Below are positions 27,465-36,373 of a stretch of DNA of 64,000 nucleotides, in pieces (within the stretch, counting starts at the first letter, position 1; each line of letters opens with the position of its first letter). The stretch is taken from assembly GCA_021463465.1 (NCBI GenBank), contig JAJTYH010000003.1, positions 75,869 to 139,868 on the forward strand. Direction: 5' to 3'. The translations under genes and the position numbers were made by a program. The notes below the pieces were generated by a model. That model was not told the origin of the DNA. It saw nothing but the letters and a program-made list of their open reading frames with translations, and ran no database searches. This DNA is from a bacterium (lineage in GTDB: Bacteria > Patescibacteriota > Dojkabacteria > SC72).

Positions 27465-28699
27465 TAATCGTAATTGTCTGGGTTATTTATCTTATCCCAT
27501 GCAAACAGAGCTAAAGCAGCGGGAGTCACATCGTAGATATGTTTTAACTCCCCCGATTCATCCGTTATATTATCAAGTTTAGAAGGTGTAAACAGGGTAA
27601 TCTTCGGGACTGTGGCAAAAGGTAGCAATTTGGTCCAAGGAAACTCCATCATGACTTCTTTAATTTCCGGAAGTAGCGCACCACCACCGCAAAGATATAT
27701 CCGTGAAGGGAAAGTTTCGATTTCCTTATTCATCTCAAATGCGGCTTTCAAAGTTTTCATCCAGGTTTGAGCTGTAGGGTAAACACTACGTTTAACCTGG
27801 TTGTGTAGGCTCTTTTCCAGTCCTCCATCTGTATATTTCAACTTGCGGGATTCGGCATGGCGATAATCGATATTGATTGCGCGTGCAATCTCTTTGGTGA
27901 ATACCCTGCCTCCAAATGCAAACATCTGAGTGTCGGAAACATTTCCTTTTTCAACAATCGCTACATCACTAGTACCACCTCCAATATCAATGAAGATACC
28001 TGAGAAGTCTTTGGATTTTGCGCCACTAAAACCTCGTGCAATTGCGAAGGGTTGTGAAACTATACCAATAAGTTGGAGGTTTAAGGATTTTGCAATGCTT
28101 TTTAGAGCCTCAACATAAGTACGGGGCGCAAAGGAGGCGTAGAAAAAGAGTTTGACACTTTTACCTTTGAATCCAACCAGGGAATCTACAGGCAATCCTC
28201 CAATTTCCATTCCAGTAACGGTGATATGTAGAATCTCGATATCTTCTTGGGTCAGACCGGTTCGTAGAGCTAAGTCCTCTTTTCCGCTTACTTGAATTTG
28301 GTTATGTACTCGTTGAATGATGTTGCGCTGTTCTTTTTCGTCAACTTCTTTCTCAAAGTTCTCTTCTCTTTCATAGTTGACGATAATTGATACTCCCTGC
28401 ACATACTCCCCGGCAATTCCCATGACTACGCTTTTAGGTTGTTGATCTGACATTGCGTCTTGAATAACTTCTCTAAGGGCGAGTCTGCAATTTTCGAGTA
28501 CGGTATTGAGGTTAGTAATGATTCCTTTGTTCATAGCGCTTTGCTGTTGAACAATCCGCGAGACCTTTTTGACAACAACCCCTTCCGAATTAGTTTGGAA
28601 AAGTACAGTTTTTAGAACTTCAGTCCCAATGTCTATTGCTACAACATTTTGAGGGCCTTTAGGTTTGGTTTTCGATTGAAAAAGTGGCAGTCCAATCAT
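27464..28699 (-). CDS. ftsA: Actin-like ATPase of the FtsA/PilM family (most similar in layout to cell-division protein FtsA)
   Basis: VVAIDIGTEVLK (phosphate 1), FIDIGGGTSDVAIVEKG (phosphate 2) and IYLCGGGALLPEI (adenosine) motifs. 411 aa including a 1C-like insert. Confidence 0.6.
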   Translation of the reverse strand: MIGLPLFQSKTKPKGPQNVVAIDIGTEVLKTVLFQTNSEGVVVKKVSRIVQQQSAMNKGIITNLNTVLENCRLALREVIQDAMSDQQPKSVVMGIAGEYVQGVSIIVNYEREENFEKEVDEKEQRNIIQRVHNQIQVSGKEDLALRTGLTQEDIEILHITVTGMEIGGLPVDSLVGFKGKSVKLFFYASFAPRTYVEALKSIAKSLNLQLIGIVSQPFAIARGFSGAKSKDFSGIFIDIGGGTSDVAIVEKGNVSDTQMFAFGGRVFTKEIARAINIDYRHAESRKLKYTDGGLEKSLHNQVKRSVYPTAQTWMKTLKAAFEMNKEIETFPSRIYLCGGGALLPEIKEVMMEFPWTKLLPFATVPKITLFTPSKLDNITDESGELKHIYDVTPAALALFAWDKINNPDNYD

Positions 28700-28720
28700 A
28701 TGTCTGAGTATATCACATTA

Positions 28721-30304
28721 CTAATTTTTTATAGCCACTTTGTCAGTGACATACAGTACTTTTCGCGTGCCCTTCCCTAGCATTAACTCAGTTTGCGCCT
28801 GAATGAAGGGAATAAAGGCGAAGGTAAGCATATTAATTGTGACCAGGAAAGTCTCAATAAAGTCCCAAATATGCCGGAAAATGCTCCATCCTTTAGGTAT
28901 AGGTGAGATTCTTCTTCTGAAGAATACGATTGGAAGATTAAGTAGCATAAGTGCAGTCATCACCGTACTTAACATTCTTGGAAGATTGTAAGCTGCAGAA
29001 CTGTATACGAACTGGTCACTGAAAATATTAAGAAGCGGGAGTGCTAAGGTTAGCATGTAAACCACGGTGAGGTAAAAAAGCCGATTTTCGACAAGCACGA
29101 AAAGGATATCGAGCTTCTTAAGTAATGGGATATTTTTGTTTTTATATAGTCCCGCTAGCGTAATCGGGAAAACAATAATCCCCCATCCCCACCTGAGCTG
29201 TTGTTTATAAAGTGATGAGTGTGTTTTTAGGTGTGTCTCATTCTCCACTGCATCGCTGTAGGTCGGCACATACACTTCCACTCCGGAGAAATTGCCATGA
29301 TATCTTATTAATGCATTCCAGTAGAAAGCGGTATCATCATTCTGAATGTCCGGAGCCCAATACTCGGTCTCATGAATTGTCTGAAGGTTGGCTACGTACG
29401 CTGAAAAAGTCTCTGAAGTTCGTTTTGAGACAACCCAATTGTGTAGGATTACCATTGTTAAGGACGAAGAATGGATACGAATCAAAGGTGGTACCCTCCA
29501 AAGGTTATTATTTAGTGTGTGAACAGCTGAAGCATAGAACTTCTTGTCAGGCTCAGGGGAGGTTAGATACTTGTAGGCTACGGCTGAGAGAAATTTAGGA
29601 TGTGGTCTCCAGTCACAGTCTACTGATATTAAAAGATAGTCATGGATATCCTCGCCCCTGCTCTTGAGCAGTTTTACATATTCTCGGGTTGCCCAGTTGA
29701 TGTTAGCCCCTTTTACTCCCGCTACCTCACCTACGATATTGGCGGGGGGTACAAAACTTATCATCTCTTTAAATTTGTCTCCAAACTCCCCTTTAAGAAT
29801 TTTGAACGATTGAACTTGTTGTTGGGCGAACTTCTCTTCAATTGCCATTACTACGGCAATCTTTTTTGAATCATAGTCTGAGTCTGCAATTGATTGAATA
29901 CTACTTCTTAGAGTTTCAATTCCTTCTCTATATGTAGGACAGAGGTATATATAATTCAGGTTGTCATATTTATTAGGAAATTCTTCCTTAATCTTAGAAA
30001 TCCAGTCGGTACTCAGCTCTCGCTTAATACGTATAGAACCTACAATCAATCCGTAAATAAAACGAATGGCTCGTAGTGACCAGTAGACCATAAGAAAGGC
30101 GACGTAGAAGACTAAAACTTCAGGGATTCCCAGGACAGAAACAATCAAAGGTGAAAGGATAAAGATCCATGTAGCAACTCCGGGTATGAGCTCAAGCATC
30201 TTTCGTACCCACTTCGGAGTATCTGTTGGATAACCGTCTTCACGGTCTTTGGGCTTGACCTGATCCAGAGTGATTTTCTCTCTCGTTAGATAGTGTTCTT
30301 CCAT
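28721..30304 (-). CDS. Processive family-2 glycosyltransferase (cellulose/chitin/hyaluronan-synthase-like) with flanking TM helices
   Basis: Conserved D, D (DCDWRP) and QQLRW (QxxRW) motifs. 2 N-terminal and at least 4 C-terminal TM helices. Confidence 0.7.
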   Translation of the reverse strand: MEEHYLTREKITLDQVKPKDREDGYPTDTPKWVRKMLELIPGVATWIFILSPLIVSVLGIPEVLVFYVAFLMVYWSLRAIRFIYGLIVGSIRIKRELSTDWISKIKEEFPNKYDNLNYIYLCPTYREGIETLRSSIQSIADSDYDSKKIAVVMAIEEKFAQQQVQSFKILKGEFGDKFKEMISFVPPANIVGEVAGVKGANINWATREYVKLLKSRGEDIHDYLLISVDCDWRPHPKFLSAVAYKYLTSPEPDKKFYASAVHTLNNNLWRVPPLIRIHSSSLTMVILHNWVVSKRTSETFSAYVANLQTIHETEYWAPDIQNDDTAFYWNALIRYHGNFSGVEVYVPTYSDAVENETHLKTHSSLYKQQLRWGWGIIVFPITLAGLYKNKNIPLLKKLDILFVLVENRLFYLTVVYMLTLALPLLNIFSDQFVYSSAAYNLPRMLSTVMTALMLLNLPIVFFRRRISPIPKGWSIFRHIWDFIETFLVTINMLTFAFIPFIQAQTELMLGKGTRKVLYVTDKVAIKN

Positions 30305-30309
30305 GATAT

Positions 30310-31980
30310 TTAGACTACCACTGGAATAATAATGGGTTCACGTTCGGTTTTCTTGAAGACGTACTTACCCACTTTTTTCTCAATAGCATCGATTAATTCA
30401 TCTATCCGCTTATCTCTCATGTGCATCCACTCTCTGTGAGTGTCGCGCACCATATTCTCAATTTCTTTAAGCAATTCCTGGCTATTTTTCATGTAAATGA
30501 AGCCCCGAGATACAAATCTTGGGTTGGCAATAAGCTGTTTTGTGTTCTTACTTAGGTTTAATATGATCACAAACATTCCATATTCGGCTAATTGTTTTCT
30601 ATCTCGAAGTACAATGTCTCCTACATCTCTAACTCCTAATCCGTCAATCAAGATAGGTTTGGATTCGATATTTACTGACCTATTCCATGTTGCCCCGTCA
30701 AATTCCCAGACCTGTCCATCATCAGTAAGCAGTACTTTGTCTGGGTTATGTCCCCAAGATACATAATTCTTCTTGTTCTGATATCGGAAAGTTAGACTCC
30801 CGTGTACAGGCATAATAAATTTCGGTTCGATTAGTTCATAGAACATCTGCATATCTTCTTGAAGTCCATGACCGCTAGCATGTACCTCTTCTTCGGAGTT
30901 TTTAATAAGTTCTACCCCTAGCCTGATTAATCGGTCGGTCATTCTTTCGATCTTAGCTATATTCTCGGGGATTTCAGACGATGACATAATGACTAAGTCG
31001 CCCTTCTTAGCCTGAATCGTACGATGCTGTCCAAGAGCAATGCGATTTAAGGCGGCGTAACGCTCTGCCTGCCCACCTGTGGACATGATAATTAACTTGT
31101 TGTCAGGATATTTACGCATATCTCTTTCTGAAACAATTGTGTCGTCTGGGATATCAATGTACCTCTGCTCTCTTGCAATTCGAAGGTTTGTTTCCAAGCT
31201 TCTTCCTGCAATAACAACCTTTTTTCCATGTTTTTTGGCAATTTGCATTACTGAATGAATACGAGTAACCAGAGATGCGAATGCTGCAATAATTACTCTA
31301 CCGTTGTGTTCGATGATAATTCGTTCCAAAGTTTTTGCAATTTCAGTTTCAGACTGAGCTTTTCCTGGTTTGTAGGCATTCGTACTTTCGAGTAGGGCTA
31401 AATCAATCTTACCTCTAAGTGAACGATACTTATCTCGATCAATCATTGGTTCATTGGTGGGAGTATCGTCAATTTTGTAATCTCCCGAGAAGAATATATT
31501 TCCTCGAGGTGATTCTATGAATATTGAATTTGAGTCAGGTACGGAGTGTGTAACTCCTATAAAGGTAATATCAAATACCCCTAGATGTATCTGTTCCCCT
31601 TTTCTGACGGTAACAATTTTAACTCGATTATCTAGATTAAACTCTTTTAATTTTTCTTTAATTAGCGCTGCGGCGAAGTCTCCAGCGTAAATTGTTGGAA
31701 AATCTAAATCGCGGAGTATATATGGAAGTGCGCCGATATGATCTAAATGACCGTGTGTAATCAAGATCCCTCTAATTTTTTGGCGATTTTCGCGTAAATA
31801 CTTGGTATTGGGAATCAAATAGTCGATACCGTACATCTCCTCACCAGGGAAGGAAAAGCCAGCGTCAACAACTAAGATATCTTTGCCATACTGTACAAAA
31901 CTGCAATTTCGTCCGATCTCATTGGTTCCTGAAATGGTACAGACCTTCAGCACATCTTCTCTTTTCTTGTAACTTAACAT
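30310..31980 (-). CDS. rnj: Ribonuclease J (metallo-beta-lactamase/beta-CASP RNase)
   Basis: ITHGHLDHIGALPYIL (HxHxDH) motif, beta-CASP region, 556 aa. Confidence 0.85.
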   Translation of the reverse strand: MLSYKKREDVLKVCTISGTNEIGRNCSFVQYGKDILVVDAGFSFPGEEMYGIDYLIPNTKYLRENRQKIRGILITHGHLDHIGALPYILRDLDFPTIYAGDFAAALIKEKLKEFNLDNRVKIVTVRKGEQIHLGVFDITFIGVTHSVPDSNSIFIESPRGNIFFSGDYKIDDTPTNEPMIDRDKYRSLRGKIDLALLESTNAYKPGKAQSETEIAKTLERIIIEHNGRVIIAAFASLVTRIHSVMQIAKKHGKKVVIAGRSLETNLRIAREQRYIDIPDDTIVSERDMRKYPDNKLIIMSTGGQAERYAALNRIALGQHRTIQAKKGDLVIMSSSEIPENIAKIERMTDRLIRLGVELIKNSEEEVHASGHGLQEDMQMFYELIEPKFIMPVHGSLTFRYQNKKNYVSWGHNPDKVLLTDDGQVWEFDGATWNRSVNIESKPILIDGLGVRDVGDIVLRDRKQLAEYGMFVIILNLSKNTKQLIANPRFVSRGFIYMKNSQELLKEIENMVRDTHREWMHMRDKRIDELIDAIEKKVGKYVFKKTEREPIIIPVVV

Positions 31981-32055
31981 AACTGCGTATTATACCATTA
32001 TTCAGAGAAAGTGATATAATCCGTGTCTTACTATAAGATATAGGTTTATTTAAAA

Positions 32056-32655
32056 ATGACACTACCTACTTTGCTATCCGTGAACAAATCTAATTTGGCT
32101 GCTGCAATGGAATATCCGATAATGCCTGCTCCAACAGTGGTTTCGCTTATTTGTTATGAAGATCGTGGATGTGAATTTTTTCAGAGTGAAGCATATCAAA
32201 GATGGGCTAGTTTCTATACAGAAACTGCTACTAACACTTATTTTGATGAAGTAGTAATAGCGAAACTCGATGAGTTTTGGGAACTAGGTATATTAGAACT
32301 TGTTAGTCTTCCAAGGGATTCCAATTCTGGAGTATTAGAGTTGTGTTTTGTGCATAGCGATTATGACTCACCTGGTACGCACCCAGAATTAGAATTTTTG
32401 ATGGAAGTTTCGCAAGAAATGGGTATTGATGAGAAAAGCGTAATGTTAACGATAGAAAAAACATTTGAAGAGGGAGGCTGTTTGGATTCAGTACACCTTA
32501 TATTAGGAGATTATGTTGGCGGAAATAGTTTAGTTTTTGGGTCAACCGAATTGGGCGTAGGTATTGAAATGCGGTCAGTAAATTCTACTGACAAGGCAGT
32601 TGAATTAAACCCAGTTCAACTTACTGACGTCCTTTCTCAAGTTGAGACACAATAA
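32056..32655 (+). CDS. Hypothetical acidic protein (199 aa)
   Basis: No recognised motifs. D/E-rich with several Trp and Cys residues. Confidence 0.3.
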   Translation: MTLPTLLSVNKSNLAAAMEYPIMPAPTVVSLICYEDRGCEFFQSEAYQRWASFYTETATNTYFDEVVIAKLDEFWELGILELVSLPRDSNSGVLELCFVHSDYDSPGTHPELEFLMEVSQEMGIDEKSVMLTIEKTFEEGGCLDSVHLILGDYVGGNSLVFGSTELGVGIEMRSVNSTDKAVELNPVQLTDVLSQVETQ

Positions 32656-32715
32656 CTCTTAGGCTATAGCCTGTAATCGCAAGTACTAAGTCTTGCTTTC
32701 TGGTATACTGAAATA

Positions 32716-32976
32716 GTGCCACCTCGAAGAAGACTAGACCAAGTTTCTGATTTTGCTTTTCAAGTACTTAGGGCAAACACCGAGCAAGGTTTTTTCAAAG
32801 GAGCTAGAGTAAAGGTTGCGGTTGAAATTGTTACCGATGCAACGGGTACTATTGCTGTCGGTGAAGTGGGAAAAATAACTAAAGTTTGGCCAGATGATAC
32901 AGTTGGAGTCAGGTTTGACGATCTTCCCTTGCTTGGAGAAATAAATATAAATGTTGCCTATCTTGAAGCCATTTAA
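32716..32976 (+). CDS. Hypothetical small protein (86 aa), beta-rich
   Basis: ARVKVAVEIVTDATGTIAVGEVGKITKVWPDDTVGVRFDD suggests a small beta-barrel (SH3/KOW-like) fold. No family assigned. Confidence 0.3.
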   Translation: MPPRRRLDQVSDFAFQVLRANTEQGFFKGARVKVAVEIVTDATGTIAVGEVGKITKVWPDDTVGVRFDDLPLLGEININVAYLEAI

Positions 32977-33006
32977 TCTTTCCTCTATATATCGTATAAT
33001 CCCTTA

Positions 33007-33241
33007 ACCGATTGATAGAGCTTGTCACTCTAGATGGTCTGGAAGGAAAAAGGGTTTTCTTTAGTAGAATCCAGCAGAAGGTAACTGTAAATATACCGCT
33101 GTATTAAACGTACAGAATGAGCTTGAGCCAGAGATGATTCAAGAAAGTGAGGTGGTAACACGGAAAGTCCAATCCGTCCTTACAGTACATATTCAGTATG
33201 TATTTAAGGGCGGATTTTTTGTTAAATTAAAGAGCATAAAT
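33007..33241 (+). promoter_or_regulatory. Putative T-box riboswitch leader of valS: T-box-like antiterminator competing with an intrinsic terminator
   Basis: Candidate -10 TATAAT at 32995-33000. T-box-like GTGAGGTGGTAACACGG at 33147-33163: helix A1 GUGAG/CUUAC, a UGGU-containing bulge, helix A2 ACGGA/UCCGU. The 3' strands of A1/A2 overlap the 5' arm of the terminator. GUC (Val) triplet at 33024-33026. Confidence 0.5.
33174..33220 (+). terminator. Intrinsic terminator hairpin plus T-run immediately upstream of the valS ATG
   Basis: CCGTCCTTA(CAGTACATA-ttcag-TATGTATT)TAAGGGCGG followed by ATTTTTT, with an inner extension TACATA/TATGTA. Confidence 0.6.
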
Positions 33242-35539
33242 ATGGCAAACCAAGCACAGGAGATATCAAAAGCGTTTGATAACACAAAAGAAACTGAAAT
33301 CTATTCTCTATGGAAGGAAAGTGGGTATTTTAATCCCGATAAAATGAAAGAGCTCTTGGGCGATAAGTCTAAGAAACACTTCGGGATTCCCTTGCCTCCT
33401 CCAAATGCTAACGGTGATTTACATTTAGGGCACACATGCGGTTACGCCTTCCAGGATTTAATGGGACGCTACAATCGAATGACTGGTCACCCTACCCTCC
33501 TTTTGCCAGGTAAGGATCATGCAGGTATCCAAACCGAAGCTGTTTTCACTAAACTTTTGGAGAAAGAAGGTAAAAGTAAGTGGGATATGGGTCGGGAAGA
33601 ATTCTACAAGCAGTGTTACGAATTTTGCATGCGAATGATGACTAATGCTATGAAGCAAGAGAAGCGGATCGGCCTTTCCGCTGATTGGTCACGGCACTTA
33701 TTTACCCTAGATCCTCGTTTAACTGACATTATTTATTCGACCTTTTATAAACTGCTTGATGAAGGTCTTATATATCGAGGTAAGCGAATTACTAATATCT
33801 GTCCGCACTGTAAAACAGCCCTAGCAGATATCGATACCGAGCGAATGGAGATTCGAGGCATTTTTGCTTATATCGTCTATCCATTTGAGGAAGAGGCTGA
33901 CAGATCTGAGGCTAAAAAGCTTTGGGGGCACGAAGGGATTGTGGTTGCTACGACGCGTCCTGAAACTATGTTAGCTGACACTGCAGTTGCTGTAAATCCT
34001 AAAGATAAAAGATATAAGAAGTTTGTAGGTAAAAAGGTAATGTTGCCGTTCATGGACAAGGCTCTACCAATTATTGCCGATGATCATATTGATATTGAAA
34101 CAGGTACAGGTGCTTTAAAAGTGACACCCGCTCATTCCCCTATCGACTATGAAATCGGCTTGAGACACAAATTGGATGTGGTGAATGTGATTAACGAAGA
34201 AGGTAAGATGACTGGTCCTATTCCGGAGCGATTTAAAGGAATGGGTACTATCGAATGTTCTAAGACGATTGTTAAAGAGTTAGATGGTATGGGATTACTA
34301 GTTAAAATTGAGAATATCAAGCACGAGGTTGCGGTGTGTGAACGATGTAAAACCCCTATCGAACCGATTATATCTAAACAGTGGTTTGTTGATATGAAGC
34401 CTTTGGCTCGCGAGATCTTAAAATCACTTAAAAAAGGTGAAGTTAAAGTAATACCTTCTGGGCAGCAGAAAGCCTTAGAGCACTTTCTGAACAATATTCA
34501 GGACTGGTGCATCTCCCGTCAGTTATGGTGGGGGCATAGAGTTCCGGTTTGGTATAGCGGAGGTAAAGAACTTTACGATTGGAAAATAGACAATCCGGAG
34601 AAAAGCATTGCTGAGTTTACGAAAGAGACCGGCAAGCCTATTAAAGGTACAGGTAATGTTTTGAAAGGCGATTTACAACCTGAAACAGATCCAGATTGGA
34701 AAGGTAAGCCTTCTGATCTATGGCTAGAAGCAGAAACAGATATGTTTGATACTTGGTTTAGTTCAGGTCAGTGGCCATTCTCTACTCTTAAAGGATTGGG
34801 AGGAGATAACTTTGAGCAGTATTACCCAGCTGATGTTATGGAGACCGCAAGAGATATCCTTTTCTGGTGGGTAGCAAGACAGCTTATGCTAGGGAAATAT
34901 ATAACAGGTAAAGTACCATTCCATACCGTATTTTTGCATGGCCTTATTCTGGCAGAGGATGGTAGTAAGATGTCTAAATCCAAGGGAAATACTAAAGAAC
35001 CAACTGAGATATTTGATAGATATGGCGCTGATTCGCTGCGGCTTTGGTATTACAATGAATCATTGCCAGGTTCAAACGTCCCGCTTCGTGAAGAGAAGAT
35101 TAAAGGTAATCGGAATTTTGTGAACAAGATTTGGAATGCCAGTCGATTTGTTTTAATGAATGCTGAGGCATTGGGGCTAAAGTCTTTACGATCCGCTGAT
35201 GTGCCATTAAACAGTGATCGCATTAAGAAAACTGAGGAACATGTAGAAAGGATTAAAAAGTATATTGAGAGTTACCGTTTCAATCTTGGGGCGGAAACCA
35301 TTAGAGAATTTTTTTGGCACACCTACTGTGATAAGTGGATTGAAGAAATTAAAAAGGAAATTTCTGAGGCACCTGAAGGTTCAAAAGAGCGTAGCAGTAG
35401 TATTGCTGAGCTGGTTTATATCCTGAAAGAGAATCTTAAGATTATGCATCCATTTATGCCATTTGTTACTGAAGCCGTGTGGCAAGAACTGAAAAAAATC
35501 GGCCTGGCAGATGGGATCTTAATGGTTGAGCAAATCTAG
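33242..35539 (+). CDS. valS: Valine--tRNA ligase
   Basis: PPPNANGDLHLGH (HIGH), GKDHAGIQTE, WCISRQLWWGHRVP and KMSKSKGN motifs. Start placed at ATG 33242, after the terminator. The ORF-track start at 33134 would translate through the terminator hairpin. Confidence 0.85.
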   Translation: MANQAQEISKAFDNTKETEIYSLWKESGYFNPDKMKELLGDKSKKHFGIPLPPPNANGDLHLGHTCGYAFQDLMGRYNRMTGHPTLLLPGKDHAGIQTEAVFTKLLEKEGKSKWDMGREEFYKQCYEFCMRMMTNAMKQEKRIGLSADWSRHLFTLDPRLTDIIYSTFYKLLDEGLIYRGKRITNICPHCKTALADIDTERMEIRGIFAYIVYPFEEEADRSEAKKLWGHEGIVVATTRPETMLADTAVAVNPKDKRYKKFVGKKVMLPFMDKALPIIADDHIDIETGTGALKVTPAHSPIDYEIGLRHKLDVVNVINEEGKMTGPIPERFKGMGTIECSKTIVKELDGMGLLVKIENIKHEVAVCERCKTPIEPIISKQWFVDMKPLAREILKSLKKGEVKVIPSGQQKALEHFLNNIQDWCISRQLWWGHRVPVWYSGGKELYDWKIDNPEKSIAEFTKETGKPIKGTGNVLKGDLQPETDPDWKGKPSDLWLEAETDMFDTWFSSGQWPFSTLKGLGGDNFEQYYPADVMETARDILFWWVARQLMLGKYITGKVPFHTVFLHGLILAEDGSKMSKSKGNTKEPTEIFDRYGADSLRLWYYNESLPGSNVPLREEKIKGNRNFVNKIWNASRFVLMNAEALGLKSLRSADVPLNSDRIKKTEEHVERIKKYIESYRFNLGAETIREFFWHTYCDKWIEEIKKEISEAPEGSKERSSSIAELVYILKENLKIMHPFMPFVTEAVWQELKKIGLADGILMVEQI

Positions 35540-35576
35540 ATTTACAAAAGCTAAATAGTGGTTTACTATTAAGGTA

Positions 35577-36371
35577 ATGAAGAATATACTTCTCACTCTA
35601 CTTTTAGGTTTCCTTTCAGGGCTTGTGGTAGTCACTTTTGCAGTATTAATCATTTATCTTCTAAACCCTGTATTTGCAGCAAATCTTAAGACCATGTTTA
35701 TTGCAAAACAGGTACAAGAAGATCAAAAGGTTGAGGAACCTTCCCAAACTGAAGAAGAGAAAACTGAAACCGAAGCAGACGTGACAGCAGATTGGAAGAC
35801 TCATGAAAGCAAGGCTTTGGGATTGCAGTTCAAATATCCTTCTGATATGAAAGTTGTAGATACTACCTCATCCAATAGCGGAGAAAAAACTGTTAAGGTC
35901 AAAACCAAAGTTGTTGATGATGTAAGTAAGGTAAAAACTTCTGAAACAGATTTGATACGAATGTCTAAGCTTCTGGCAAGCGTAGCTTCTACCTTTGGTG
36001 ATTACTCAGATTGGGTAAACCTTAAAGAGGGTGAGCCAAAATCATTCATGAATGCAGGCACAGCTTACAATTTTGTGAAGTACAATATGGGTGAAGGTTC
36101 TGCGGGCTCCTCATTTTTGGAAAACTCTTACACCGCGGTTATGCAGTTAAGCGAGACAACATCGCCTTTCTATATTGGTTTAATAAGTACATTACAAGAA
36201 CACGAAACTGTATGCCCTCAGATGGAAAAGGCTTTAAACGGTGATGGTGATCCAGAAAAAGCGGAGATTGATTGTAAGGATTACAAACCCAAACCTATTT
36301 CTAAATATGCAACTTCTCAACAACAGATTGATATCGGTATTAAAATATTGGAAACGATTAAGCCTCTCTAA
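35577..36371 (+). CDS. Hypothetical membrane-anchored/secreted protein with acidic linker
   Basis: N-terminal TM/signal anchor LLTLLLGFLSGLVVVTFAVLIIYLL, then an E/T/K-rich linker and a ~150-aa domain with 2 Cys. Confidence 0.3.
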   Translation: MKNILLTLLLGFLSGLVVVTFAVLIIYLLNPVFAANLKTMFIAKQVQEDQKVEEPSQTEEEKTETEADVTADWKTHESKALGLQFKYPSDMKVVDTTSSNSGEKTVKVKTKVVDDVSKVKTSETDLIRMSKLLASVASTFGDYSDWVNLKEGEPKSFMNAGTAYNFVKYNMGEGSAGSSFLENSYTAVMQLSETTSPFYIGLISTLQEHETVCPQMEKALNGDGDPEKAEIDCKDYKPKPISKYATSQQQIDIGIKILETIKPL

Positions 36372-36373
36372 CT

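Noticed and set aside
27464-28699. Calling the actin-like ATPase definitively PilM because of the PilN/PilO-like genes elsewhere
   Set aside because: Its length (411 aa), the GGGT phosphate-2 motif and the 1C-like insert fit FtsA at least as well. It is not adjacent to the pilN/pilO-like genes. The call is left at family level.
33134-33241. ORF-track N-terminal extension of valS starting at ATG 33134 (MIQESEVVTRKVQSVLTVHIQYVFKGGFFVKLKSIN...)
   Set aside because: This segment encodes the terminator hairpin and T-run of the leader. The residues are the translation of a palindrome. The conserved ValRS sequence begins at Met37 (33242).
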